From the IMG/VR virus record IMGVR_UViG_3300029305_005387: a stretch of DNA of 64,000 nucleotides. One strand, 5' to 3'. The notes under the pieces were generated by a model. The model saw only the letters and a program-made list of their open reading frames with translations, searched no databases and was not told where the DNA came from. This DNA comes from a virus (lineage: Duplodnaviria > Caudoviricetes). Below, piece by piece: positions 38,607 through 50,200 of the stretch. The position numbers were made by a program, and so were the translations under genes. Each line of letters begins with the position of its first letter. Position 1 is the stretch's first letter.

Positions 38607-39999
38607 CATTTATCTTCATACTGTATCGCAACTACAGTACCGAGCTTTTAACTCTGCTACTACTCTCGTAGTACGACATCTGTATCTCAACAGATGAAGT
38701 GACATAAATGTCAGATGAGACTATATCTTTTATACTAACCACTTCGCGTTACCTCAGTCCCTTGCAGGATTTAAACTGACCTCCATTAGCTTGAGGGCTA
38801 CTCTACTCACTTCTTCATATTAATATTTCTATTAATACTATGCTTTCGATAGTCGTTGAACTTTATTCATATCATATCACTTTTGTACATTTTCTACCTT
38901 TTAATATTGAAACAAGATAAGATCTAGATGTCTTATTATAAATTGAGAATATCTCATCAATACTTTTTCCTGATTTATACATTTCCCTCATTGTATTGAT
39001 ATCACTTACTCTATATTTTGAATCAGGTCGTATATTACCCGTATAATCATTAAAATTATATTGTGAAGTGATATCAATCCATGATCGTTGATGTGTTCTA
39101 AAATTATAAAGTTGATTTCTGAAATTTTTGTATACTCTTTTATCTTCAGGAAATATATTATAGTATGCAGCAATATCTTTAACACATATATCTTCTTCCA
39201 TCATTCTACATACATGATGAACAATTTCACTTGTCCATTCAAATGTTCTCTGATATAATCCTTCCTCAGCTGCATATCTACTATTGAGAAATGGTGTTGT
39301 TAATTGAAGATTATTTATATTATTATTCCATTTAACATTATCTTCATGATGAATTACATAACCTTTTGGAATTTTACCTTTCCAAGCTTTATATGTCAAT
39401 CTATGAATTGCCATATGCGTTAAATGTGAATATGGAAATGATATTCTATGATATCCATCATCATCTATTTCTTGTTTCAAAATTTTATTAGTAAATGTTG
39501 AAAATACTATTCCATTTTCTGAAATAAAATATCCATCCACTACTCCAGGAATCGATCTGAATTTTACATTATTACTTTCAATTTCATTTTCAGATATTTT
39601 TATATAAGACATAAATTCAAATCTATTTTCTGTTCCGTAAAATGTAATATTAACTAAATTAATTATATAAAATATTTTATCTTTATAAATAAATTTAGCA
39701 TTAATATATGGAATAATATCTTTGATTTCATCGTTTTCTATAATATAAATATTATACATTTTATCAATTCGAAAATTTGTATAATGTGGGATTTCTATCA
39801 AACTTTTGATATCCATAATTTATCACCACCTTTTTCAAATTGATATGATATGAATTTTAGCTGCGGATTTTCTCTACCTAACACCTTTTTACTATACCTT
39901 TGGAATTACCCATTGCCCCATAGTATATCACTATCTATGGTTAGTAGTGTTAGTCTAACAAGATGTTCCCGACAGTTCAATTAGTTACGAGACCACTCG
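38607..39999 (-). mobile_element. group I intron in gyrB with HNH ORF looped out in the P6 region
   Basis: P1 GAGAU/GUCUC with U.G at the 5' splice site; R and S elements; terminal G at 38607; excision restores IIEGD|SAKG. Confidence 0.92.
38872..39816 (-). CDS. intron-encoded HNH homing endonuclease
   Basis: YFISENG, AIHRL..IHHEDNVKWNNNINNL. Confidence 0.88.
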   Translation of the reverse strand: MDIKSLIEIPHYTNFRIDKMYNIYIIENDEIKDIIPYINAKFIYKDKIFYIINLVNITFYGTENRFEFMSYIKISENEIESNNVKFRSIPGVVDGYFISENGIVFSTFTNKILKQEIDDDGYHRISFPYSHLTHMAIHRLTYKAWKGKIPKGYVIHHEDNVKWNNNINNLQLTTPFLNSRYAAEEGLYQRTFEWTSEIVHHVCRMMEEDICVKDIAAYYNIFPEDKRVYKNFRNQLYNFRTHQRSWIDITSQYNFNDYTGNIRPDSKYRVSDINTMREMYKSGKSIDEIFSIYNKTSRSYLVSILKGRKCTKVI

Positions 40000-41343
40000 A
40001 TCTCCTTCGATGATGAATAGCTCTTTGTACTCTTTTCCTTTATTCGTACAAGGATCAAAATTCTTCATCTTATAAGATGACCAGTTTGTCAATGTATTTT
40101 TTACGACAGCAGAACGTACTTTATCCCCTTCACGTCTAGCTCTTGCATTCATCTTGACAATTGTAGTCAACTCTTTAAGTTGAGCTTGATTTTTTCCTGT
40201 GAAATATGTTCCAAGTGCATCTGATAATAGACTCACAATGATTCGTTTAATATCTTCAGATACAACTTTATGTTTAGTCTGCCCAGTATATAGTCTCTCG
40301 AAGTTTGTTCTAAGAGCTACACTGATAGATAGACCTGTACGTACATCATCCCACTTAATATCAAGCTTATCTTTTTCTTTTTCTCCTAAAGAATTCTTTG
40401 TAGCAGTCTGTAAGAATCTACAAATCGCTTCCATAGCTCCTTCTAAATGATGACCATTATCAACAGTATTATTTGAGTTACTGAAACTATCAATGTATGG
40501 ATTCAATGAAGAAGTAAACACAAACGCAACATCCATAGACAAGAAACGCTTAACATTTTCACCATCAAGTTCTTCAATAACATCATCAGCATCAATAGTC
40601 AAACAATACTTCTGACTGATCATTTTATCTTTTTCATTACGATCAAGAATGTCTTCAAATGGAGCAATCTTGTATTTTTCTCTTGTAACATTTCCCTTTG
40701 CATCGTAATAAACAGAATCCATCTTAATTTTCTTTTTATTAAGATATTGAAGATTCAATAAATTATGTCTTACATCTTTCCATATAATCTTGGTATTTTT
40801 ACCCATTACCTTGGAAGGTTTGTACATGATGGACATACCATGTTTATCTGGAACACATGGAGATTCATACTCATTAATCTTTACACCTTCTTCAAAGACT
40901 AATGTTTTCTGTTTATTTTCAGTACCACCACGATATGACGTAATTTCAACGTGTTCAGCAAGACCACAGATTGCCAAAGTGCCAGTACCATTTTGACCCA
41001 ATGTTTCTGCTTTAAGAGAAGCTTTATTACTAGTATTTATATTCGATCCCATGTTCAAACTAGTATAAATATCTTCTAATAGGTGAGTAGGAATACCTCT
41101 ACCGTTATCTTCGATCGTAATAAAACCAGTTCTTTCATCAAACTCAACATGAATTGTATTACCAGGAGAACGTGGAGTTCTACATTCATCCAATGCATTA
41201 TAGAGAATTTCATCTACTACTGATTTTGCACCAGCTTCATTAGAATATGAAATATATTGACGATGTCTTACTCTAATTTTTTGAATATCACTTTTCAAGT
41301 GATCAAACACGTCGTCTACATATTTAGCCGCCATAATATCCAC
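40000..41343 (-). CDS. gyrB: DNA gyrase subunit B, exon 1 (GHKL ATPase + transducer)
   Basis: EILYNALDE, DNGRGIP, GQNGTG, GQTK, ELFIIEGD; spliced product about 826 aa. Confidence 0.92.
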
Positions 41344-41529
41344 CTCTGTTTCTATAAATTTTCATATTTTAAATGCTCCTTTCCATGAGTAGCTACTCAT
41401 TACTTTGATACAACTTCAGAATATATCATTTCTAAATTCGTTATATTATAGATAGATGCGTAAATAAGAATTTAAAAAGATTAATGAAAATGTTATAAAA
41501 AGAAAAGGAGTCATTACGACTCCTTTTCT

Positions 41530-43380
41530 TTAATTGTATTTATTTTGGATATATTTCTTTACCATTCCATACAATTGGGCAATATTCGGAAGTCCAAGGA
41601 AATTATAAGCAAATGTTAGAATATTCTTTGATGCAAATGTGTTCACTGCTTCTCCAGTAATATCTAACTTTCTTAACTTATTATTTTTATCCTTTTCTTC
41701 ATATTTCTGATTCAATGATCTATTAGAGAATTCTCCACTGATAAATTCATCATTATCAAATGATGCTTTGTATTTCAGTGTTATCGGATCCATATTAGAT
41801 GCAATCTTAATTGAAGGATAGAAAGCACCCATATCATAGTCCATTGAGTTTTCATAAATATTATTTGATGGAACTCCTAATACTGGTTTACCAACACGAT
41901 CATTCATCGTTGGTTCGGCATTAATAGCTCCTTTGAAACTAGAATTCTCTTCTTCATCTTCATCAGATCCAAAGAATCTTCTTTCCAATTCATTCTGATG
42001 TTCGTCAATAATGTTTAGATTGTTTCCTTGAACCCATCCATCTTTTTCGAAATACATTTCTCGTACGTTACGGAGTAGATGTGTTTCTCTAAAGATTTTA
42101 TTATACGGAGTTAAATTTGAATGACTTCGCATATAGTAAGTTGTTAAATCATTACATTTTCTTTCTATGCCGTACTGAATGAGTACGTCTTTGATGTTAT
42201 ATGCCCAGAACAGACCCCAGTCTGTATATGGAAATGTAATGATGTTTGCTGCGTCTGGATATTCAACTTTCTTATCTCTTAATTCACGATCACCGATATC
42301 ATTTAATTTTACTGATCGTAGTTTATGTTGGCTCTTTCTAATACTCGCATAAAGCCTCATTTGGCATATAAACTGGGTATAAGAACTGCAATAAAAGAAA
42401 TCAAATTGTTTTTCTAACTGATATGTTGATTTATCAGCTATGAATCTACAAACTGGATTTGGAATATCTTTATGACACATAATAGATGTAGGATCATATC
42501 CAAGGGTTTCTACTCTTGCACATAGGTACGCAATATCGAAACGCATATTCCATATCTCACAGAAGTTTGGTTTTCTTGTATTTATTAATCTAAACACGTC
42601 TGCAATCAGTTCTATTTCTCGTTCATATTCTCTGATATGATAATTCAAATGTCCATATATTTGATCGAAATCTTTATGGCATTTATCATAGAATTCATCC
42701 AAATGATTCATCATATATTCATGTTGTTTTACTTGATGTTCATACATCTGAATACGTTTATTCCATTCTTCATCAGATCGACCAGATCTTACAGGTTTAA
42801 ATGGCCTAAGAATAAATGTATACACATCTTTAGTAGCTTCTAACAATACAGTTACTAAGTTTACAGGTGCATATGCAGTATCCTTAACATTATCCATGTC
42901 AACGATGTAATCGATCTGATCGATCTCTATATCTAGGAATGCTCTAGTAAGTTTTGGTGTATTTAATGGATATCTTTCATACCAGTTCTTGTAATAATAA
43001 TATTCTGGTTGAAAATCACATCCATATGCATATGGCCATTTATACAACTGATTCAATATCTTTGCATCTCGATGCTCAACCGAAGCTTCTCTAATAGCTC
43101 TACCCCAGTTACCAGCTTCCTGAGAGATCTTCCATCGTATTTCTGAAATAGGGACACGGATTTTATCCATTTTCTCCATACGTTCCTCAGGCTTATTATA
43201 GGTATACGTACGATATTCAGGTTTCACTATATAGATATCAGCTTCTCCAGGTTCTTCAGCATAATGAACATTTTCATCATCATCCATATAAATAACTTGG
43301 AAACATTCTTTTATTTCTCTCTTTCTATCAGGTCTAACATATGTGACCTTTAAGAGTGTTGGATTTTTACCTTTAATCAC
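41530..43380 (-). CDS. polB: family B DNA polymerase, N-terminal subunit (3'-5' exonuclease + motif A)
   Basis: ExoI FLDIEID, ExoII WNMRFD, ExoIII YNIKD, motif A DYDMGAFYPSI. Confidence 0.88.
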   Translation of the reverse strand: MIKGKNPTLLKVTYVRPDRKREIKECFQVIYMDDDENVHYAEEPGEADIYIVKPEYRTYTYNKPEERMEKMDKIRVPISEIRWKISQEAGNWGRAIREASVEHRDAKILNQLYKWPYAYGCDFQPEYYYYKNWYERYPLNTPKLTRAFLDIEIDQIDYIVDMDNVKDTAYAPVNLVTVLLEATKDVYTFILRPFKPVRSGRSDEEWNKRIQMYEHQVKQHEYMMNHLDEFYDKCHKDFDQIYGHLNYHIREYEREIELIADVFRLINTRKPNFCEIWNMRFDIAYLCARVETLGYDPTSIMCHKDIPNPVCRFIADKSTYQLEKQFDFFYCSSYTQFICQMRLYASIRKSQHKLRSVKLNDIGDRELRDKKVEYPDAANIITFPYTDWGLFWAYNIKDVLIQYGIERKCNDLTTYYMRSHSNLTPYNKIFRETHLLRNVREMYFEKDGWVQGNNLNIIDEHQNELERRFFGSDEDEEENSSFKGAINAEPTMNDRVGKPVLGVPSNNIYENSMDYDMGAFYPSIKIASNMDPITLKYKASFDNDEFISGEFSNRSLNQKYEEKDKNNKLRKLDITGEAVNTFASKNILTFAYNFLGLPNIAQLYGMVKKYIQNKYN

Positions 43381-43464
43381 TCTTCAAATCACCTCCAAAT
43401 ATAAAAATTTGAATGGGCTGTTTGTCGCCCATTCAAATTTATTTTATTCCGAATTACAAGAAGA

Positions 43465-43761
43465 TTAGATATGCCAATGCTTACCTTTCTTCTTGTTTTT
43501 CTTTTTCTTCTTACCTTTCTTTGATTCAATATAGAAAGAGTAAGTACTATTGGAATCTTTATGTTTCTTACCTTTCTTTTTATCCTTCTTTTTCTTCTTA
43601 GGTTGAGTATAATCTTTTACTACATCATACACTGCTCTCGGAGTACCGTTCTTCTTTGTACCAAGTAAATACTTCTGCATTCCATCCAATGTTACCAGCT
43701 GTGCTAAGTTCTGTACTAATACAGAATTACTATTAGCAATTTCATTCTTTTTGTCACTCAT
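43465..43761 (-). CDS. small highly basic protein
   Basis: Lys-rich C-terminal half. Confidence 0.65.
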   Translation of the reverse strand: MSDKKNEIANSNSVLVQNLAQLVTLDGMQKYLLGTKKNGTPRAVYDVVKDYTQPKKKKKDKKKGKKHKDSNSTYSFYIESKKGKKKKKNKKKGKHWHI

Positions 43762-43781
43762 TTTATGTTTCCTCCTTAAAC

Positions 43782-44726
43782 TTATTTAGTTGGATCAGAC
43801 CATCTATCAACTGGAACTGTTAATAAACGTCTTGTGAGATCTAACACTCTGTCATCTGCTTTAGATTTCTTTTTACTAGATTTAGATCGTCTGTGTTCTT
43901 TTTCTAAATGTTTTAACTGTTTCTTGCTTACAGCATACATTTTAATCCAGCGTTTTGCCAAATCATTTCTAAATTCTTTCTTCCAATCAGCATTGCCAGG
44001 AATGAATTCCTTAAGGAAAGATTTAATAATCTTTTCGTCTTTCTTAATATCATCCTTTGAATCGGCAATAACTACACCATGACGGTTAATAGCTCTCTTA
44101 GGATTTTTAGCTTCTCTGAAAACTCTTGACTGTCCATATACATCATGAGATTTCTTCTTTGGACTTTCATCATCGTCATCGTAATCGTCTTCCATATATG
44201 GAGAAATGAAACGATCAAATACAGATGAAACATCATCATATGAATCATCATATTCCAGATCTTCCGGATCAAAACTTTCATCATCATCATTTTCAACATC
44301 CTGCATTTCTGATTTCCAATCTTCATATACAGAATATACATTTTCAGATCGTTCATACATAAATGTATTTATACGTGAACTTTCATAAATCTTTTTCATT
44401 ACATCATCCATATCAAGTACGGATTTAGCTACATCTGTATCAAACTCTTCATCTTCATAATGATAATTTAATGATGTATTAACAATTGTATCTGTACCCA
44501 ATTTATCACTGAATAATTTAATCAATGTTGTGAGAAATACTGACGGACTTAGTTCTTCAAATGTTTCTTCATTGTAGATAATCGAAAATCCGTATGCCGC
44601 TTTATTTACTTTAATATTACTCTCTGTTGAAAGTAATTTACCATCCCTGGCAGGATCGAATTCTTTAATGGTATTCATTACTTTATCGCCAGGAATAATA
44701 TGAATTGTTAGATTAACCTTGTTCAT
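43782..44726 (-). CDS. hypothetical protein with acidic centre and basic C-terminus
   Basis: 314-aa ORF, AGGAGG RBS. Confidence 0.7.
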   Translation of the reverse strand: MNKVNLTIHIIPGDKVMNTIKEFDPARDGKLLSTESNIKVNKAAYGFSIIYNEETFEELSPSVFLTTLIKLFSDKLGTDTIVNTSLNYHYEDEEFDTDVAKSVLDMDDVMKKIYESSRINTFMYERSENVYSVYEDWKSEMQDVENDDDESFDPEDLEYDDSYDDVSSVFDRFISPYMEDDYDDDDESPKKKSHDVYGQSRVFREAKNPKRAINRHGVVIADSKDDIKKDEKIIKSFLKEFIPGNADWKKEFRNDLAKRWIKMYAVSKKQLKHLEKEHRRSKSSKKKSKADDRVLDLTRRLLTVPVDRWSDPTK

Positions 44727-44750
44727 ATCACACTATCCTCCTTATAATAA

Positions 44751-44999
44751 TTAAACCAAGTTGTTCCATTCATCTTCATCTTTAAAAACACTTTTATCTC
44801 CTTTCCTTAACTTTTTAATCAACTTTCGAACTCGTTTTATAGCTTCATCAATATTCTTCTTGCATTCGTCATAAATATCATCTGGAATAATCATGACTTT
44901 CTCAAGCATATTAATATACTCTTCGAAAATTTCAGCGAGTTGATTCATGTCATCTCTAGTAATATCAGCTGGATCAAAATTTTCTCTAAATGATCCCAT
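44751..44999 (-). CDS. hypothetical protein
   Basis: 82-aa ORF. Confidence 0.6.
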   Translation of the reverse strand: MGSFRENFDPADITRDDMNQLAEIFEEYINMLEKVMIIPDDIYDECKKNIDEAIKRVRKLIKKLRKGDKSVFKDEDEWNNLV

Positions 45000-45086
45000 T
45001 AATTATCCCACCTTTCTTTTTAAAAACCATGATTCAGTTCGATATATTTATAATATATCATTTATAAATATAACATAAAATGGAGG

Positions 45087-46391
45087 TTGTTATTTATGAT
45101 TATTTCTAACATTAAAGAATCAGGATCAAACAATATTTTGAAATGGGCTATTAATAATGGTGCTGATATAAAGAATGACATTCAGCTTCAATCAATCATT
45201 AATGATGAGACATTTTATATCGTTCAAATCGATGATGTTAATTTTTTTGAATTATTTCGACTATCTCAAATGTATCGTGAAAAACTTCGTATTGTCGATG
45301 AGAAGAAATATGATCTTCCACCTCGTAAAGAATTATTCCAACTCTTTAATGGTCATCACATTCCTGATCCAGAAAATAAACCAGATGAAAAAGTTCCTCT
45401 TCATGAATTAGTTGAATATTCCTGTCAGCAATTCATTAACTTAGCTTTACAAATGAATAGTGATTCTGATATTATCCGTCCTGAAACTGTTCGTTTATTC
45501 TTCCCTATGATTTGTAGAAGATTTGATGTCCAGATTCCTGTTTCTTTCATGGATATTGTTGGAACTATTCCAGATGAAGATCAAACAAGAAAATTATTTA
45601 ATTCAGAATATCCTGATAATCTGAATCAGTATGTAATTGAAAGTGAAAATAATGTTAAAAATCTTTTGTATATTGGATTGATGAAAAGTACATCAATCAT
45701 TAGATATGATGATCATTACGATCAATTATTAAAAGTTACTAAATATTCTCCTCTTAAGAAAGTTAATACAAACAAGTTATGGAAAGCTCGTATGAGCGGA
45801 TTCTTCAAATATGATAATATTTCTAGAGGAGAAGTTCGTTGTTCGTTGTTCCAACCTAATAAGATTACAGTAGCTGATAACTTGAAGAGAATGTCCAGAA
45901 TTAAAACTCCACTTAAAGTAGATTTCGTTGTACAAATGCCGTTACAATACATGCAGATTCTTCTAAACTCATTTTCTAGAGAAGAATTAAATATTACATA
46001 TGAATCTTCCATGTCTGCTATTATCGACTCCGGAATTCATTTTAATGATTTTATTTCTCATGAATGGGATGAAAATACAGAAAATGAAGAAGAAAAGAAT
46101 GCAATTCTGCAGTATAATAATGCAATTGAAACATATCAAAATCGCATCAATGAAGTAAACAATATTGTCTTAAATACGATTCCTATTATGCTTACAAATG
46201 ACGGAGATGTTGATGTTACTGCTACATTTGCAATGTTGCCTGCAATTTATTCAGCTAAAGCTGTTATCACAATTAATATGCAATATGCGGATAAATATAT
46301 GAGACATTTTGATCCTACTATTGTAGAAATGTTCCAAGAACTTCTTGAAGTTTGTGAATCTATTCAAGAAGATATTAATAAGTCAAAATAA
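45087..46391 (+). CDS. hypothetical protein
   Basis: About 430-aa ORF with GGAGG RBS. Confidence 0.75.
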   Translation: MLFMIISNIKESGSNNILKWAINNGADIKNDIQLQSIINDETFYIVQIDDVNFFELFRLSQMYREKLRIVDEKKYDLPPRKELFQLFNGHHIPDPENKPDEKVPLHELVEYSCQQFINLALQMNSDSDIIRPETVRLFFPMICRRFDVQIPVSFMDIVGTIPDEDQTRKLFNSEYPDNLNQYVIESENNVKNLLYIGLMKSTSIIRYDDHYDQLLKVTKYSPLKKVNTNKLWKARMSGFFKYDNISRGEVRCSLFQPNKITVADNLKRMSRIKTPLKVDFVVQMPLQYMQILLNSFSREELNITYESSMSAIIDSGIHFNDFISHEWDENTENEEEKNAILQYNNAIETYQNRINEVNNIVLNTIPIMLTNDGDVDVTATFAMLPAIYSAKAVITINMQYADKYMRHFDPTIVEMFQELLEVCESIQEDINKSK

Positions 46392-46403
46392 AAATAAAAC
46401 TAA

Positions 46404-46442
46404 TACAATGAAATGCTCCTATTATAGGAGCATTTCATTGTA
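46404..46442. terminator. bidirectional terminator
   Basis: tacaatgaaatgctccta-tta-taggagcatttcattgta between convergent genes. Confidence 0.75.
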
Positions 46443-46449
46443 TAATCTC

Positions 46450-47076
46450 TCATGATAGAAACACTCCTGCCAATTTCTTTACTAAACCTCCAAAGATAGT
46501 AGGAATGATGATCAATGCCAGGTTATTAATTAATTCTGCATGCCTATTATAGAATTTCTTTATTTTCTTTATTCCTTTTTTCACTGCTCTCTGGAAATGT
46601 CCTACATATCTTCCGAATCTTGTTCCATGATCAAGCTCATTCATATTAACTCCACTTTGTTCCTGTAACATTTGGAGTTCTGCATCAATATCTTTAAGTT
46701 TAATATTAATAGATACAATTCGTTTAGAATCTTTTCTATCAGTTGGATCTAATTTACCAAGAGTATGACGAAGTCTATCTCTTTTTGCAAGTAATTGCAT
46801 CATTTCTACTTGGAAGTCTCTTTTATCTACTACTTTCTGTGCAATTACTTTCTTTCGTTGTTTAACATACCAATCTTCTGTAATTAATAATGGACCTTTA
46901 ACTCCTGGAACTCCTTTAATGAAAGGCATTGGAATTTTACGAGGTTCTCTAATCGTAGCTGGATCATTAGCATGAGCAGCTTTAAGTTGTGTATCTGCGT
47001 CAATAAAAATTTGTGGAACTGTTTTCAAATAATATTGTCCAGCATCCATATATGGAACGATATCATCAAATGTCAT
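46450..47076 (-). CDS. hypothetical protein with coiled coil and hydrophobic C-terminus
   Basis: 208-aa ORF, AAGGAG RBS. Confidence 0.7.
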   Translation of the reverse strand: MTFDDIVPYMDAGQYYLKTVPQIFIDADTQLKAAHANDPATIREPRKIPMPFIKGVPGVKGPLLITEDWYVKQRKKVIAQKVVDKRDFQVEMMQLLAKRDRLRHTLGKLDPTDRKDSKRIVSINIKLKDIDAELQMLQEQSGVNMNELDHGTRFGRYVGHFQRAVKKGIKKIKKFYNRHAELINNLALIIIPTIFGGLVKKLAGVFLS

Positions 47077-47118
47077 TATCTTACATCTCCTTCTTTCTAA
47101 GTATTAGCTTTAATTTTA

Positions 47119-47196
47119 AATCATATAACAATCATATAGTAAACGTATAGCAATCGTATAATAAATCATAAAATAATCATATAGTAATCATAAAGT
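47119..47196. repeat. degenerate 11-nt tandem repeat (consensus AATCATATAGT), at least 7 units
   Basis: aatcatataac aatcatatagt aaacgtatagc aatcgtataat (a) aatcataaaat aatcatatagt aatcataaagt. Confidence 0.75.
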
Positions 47197-47281
47197 TAAT
47201 CAAATTAGTTATCATCTTATTATTAGAATAATATATAAATAAGAGAGGGAGCAAATTTGCTCCCTCTCTTATTTCACGTAT

Positions 47282-50200
47282 TTATGGTCTAGCCATTGCT
47301 GTTATTGATCGTGCACTTGAATAAGAACTTGATCCTTTGTTAAATGTTTTTGATTTAGATTTACCTAGTGCATTAATTGAATCACGTAAACCCTGATCAA
47401 CAAATTCTTTTTCATTCAAGCTTGATAATAATGTAGTGGAAGATCCTGTATTTGTACTGATCTTTACTAATTCAGAAACTACCTGTTTCATCAATCCAAT
47501 CACTCCACTTAAGTCAGTTCCTGGAATAATATCATGCTGATAAGAATTATCACTCGTTACAGGAGCACTAGCTTTAATGATAGGAGGATTACTTTGATTC
47601 AATGTATGAGTTACTGAATAATTATCAGAAGGAGTAACTTTAGGAATAGATTTTCTCTGTGTAGTTGCATAATTATTCATTGTACCAATACTACTATCTG
47701 TAGGTCCACCGATACCATCTTCAATATTACCAGGATCAGCTTGCACCTCTAAAGTCTTTCCGCTAGGATCTTTCAATACTTGAGCATTTTGTGATTCAAA
47801 ATCATAATTTTCATCTTCAATTGAACCACCAGTACCATATTTACCTTTAAGCTGATTATACAAAGATCTAGCAGTAGATTGTCTGGAAGAAGAGTCTCCG
47901 GAATATCCTTCAAAATACTTACAGAACAATCTTGCAGCTTCTTCAGGACTAGAAGCATTTTCAATCTTGGATCTTACACCAGAATAGCTTCCTTTCAATT
48001 CAGTATCAAGGAATGCTAACTGAGTTGCAGAATCACCCCAATCAAGATTATTAGATCTTGCAAAATCAAGTAATGCTTTACCTCTAGGACCTGTCCATTG
48101 AGCATAACCAATACCAGGATAATAGTGTCCATCAGATGCTTTATATGCAGCTCTATTAATAGATAGACCTTGGCTTGCATACTGATTAAATAGTGCTTGT
48201 GTATAATTATCCATCGCAGATCTATCATTCAGTACTTTATCATATCCTAGTAAAGTTTTGAAGGAATTAGAATAATCCCATTCAACTCGTTTGGATCTAT
48301 TACCAGATTCCTTCGTCCAGCAACCAAGAACACCAGCAATAGCATGATCACTATATCCAAGTCCTTTGAAATATTTCCAAAGTTCTTCTGCTCCTTCACC
48401 AACTGATGATATACTAGAGAGACTCGTTTGAAGATTACTAAAATCAACTGCTCTAATGTAAACAGTTACTTCACTCATCTTACGTTTCTTTCTAGCTACA
48501 CAACCACCGTTGCTTTGAGAGCCAGCGTCAGAAGCTGAAGTATTACCTTCAATTGTCTGAATGTATCCATTACCCAATACTTCTTCCACAATACCAGTAT
48601 GAGACATACTAGATGTAGATTTAGTCCAGATAATAATATCACCTGGTTTAGGATTAGATGTATGAACCTTATCAGACTGATTAGATTTATACCAGTTCAT
48701 CAATTGTGAACAAGATGCAGTTTTGTGAGGTAAAGTTAATCCTGCATTATTGAAACACCATTGTACAAATGCCATACACCAAGGATACGAATCACCACTA
48801 ACTTCTTTACCATAATACCATGTATTATATTTTACTTTATTGCTTCCAGGAGGATTTTCAGTTGTACCAATTTCAGCCGCACACATTGCAAGGAAGTCAG
48901 CTGCAGAACCAACGCCACCACTGTAAGCTCCAGAAGAACCACTAATAGAACTACTTGAACTAGAGGAATTATTACTGAATAGACCGCCAGTTATTAAGTT
49001 CAAGAATCCAGTACCAACTTCCTGAATCTTATCAATTAACTGATTGAAAATACCATCAGATGTTCCACCTGTACCAATTCTGCTATCATTATCAATCTCT
49101 TGATATCCACCATGAATTGGATTAATTGCAGACTTTCTACCAAGTTTAGCATCATTTTCAATCTGATAATGTAAGTGAGCTCCTGTTGACCAACCAGTTG
49201 AACCCATTCGACCAATCTTAGTACCAACCTCAACTCTTGCTCCAGGTTTAATGGAACTAGGAATAGATCCAGCGGCTAGATGCATGTTCTTAACTCGTTT
49301 GCCGTTATCAGTATCGATCCATACTTCATTACCACCTGATTTATTTCCACTATAAGACCATTTACCATTTGCGTCTTTATGAGCAGTATCATTATCTGCG
49401 ACAGTTCTTTCAACTTTAGAAATAGTACCACTGAAACGTGATTCTACATCAGCAGTTTTAGAACCATCCCTAGGTATTAAATCAACACCATAATGGTATC
49501 CTTCATAAGGATGACGTCTCTTACCAAATCCACTGCTTACAGAATAAGATTTGTTTAAAGGATTACCTCCTTCAATACTACCACCTATTCCAGCATAAGC
49601 AGGTTGCATAGAAGATCTGAAAGGAACAGCTCCGCCTATTCTAGGTCCACCTACTCCTTCACTATCGCCTCCGGAACCACCTAACCAATCCCAGAACTTC
49701 TCTAAACCACCGCTGAATTTTTCCTTGACAGAATCAATCGCATCTTCAATCCAATTTCCAATTGAACTAACGATTGCAACAGCAGAATTGAAAAGTTTAG
49801 AAATAGTAAATGAAACTTTCCATATAGCAGATAATGGGTCTCCATCTTCCAAAGTTAATTCTTTACTCCAAACCGCATTTACATCTCCATCTTTAGCTGA
49901 ATCTGCTAAATCAGAAAGAGCTGTATCAAGAGTACTCTTATTTGAACTAACCTTAGTTGAGATTCCTTCAAATCCTTCTTTGATTTTATTACCAATTACA
50001 TGTATTCCAGCTCTTGGATAGTTGATAAGTTTTGCAACTCCAAACATAGCTTTCATGATACCGCCAAGAGGATTTTCTGAATTATCTTCGTATTCTAAAG
50101 ATTTAATTCCTTCAAAATCACCAGCCTTAGCGTATTCTTCAATTGAATCCACATTTGTATCTAAAGTAGATTTAGCTTCACCAATTGTATCAAGCATTGC

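Noticed and set aside
6146-41343. beta', gyrB and the 10220-12386 gene as pseudogenes or intein-split genes
   Set aside because: Group I cores with in-frame junctions explain the splits; no intein terminal motifs were seen
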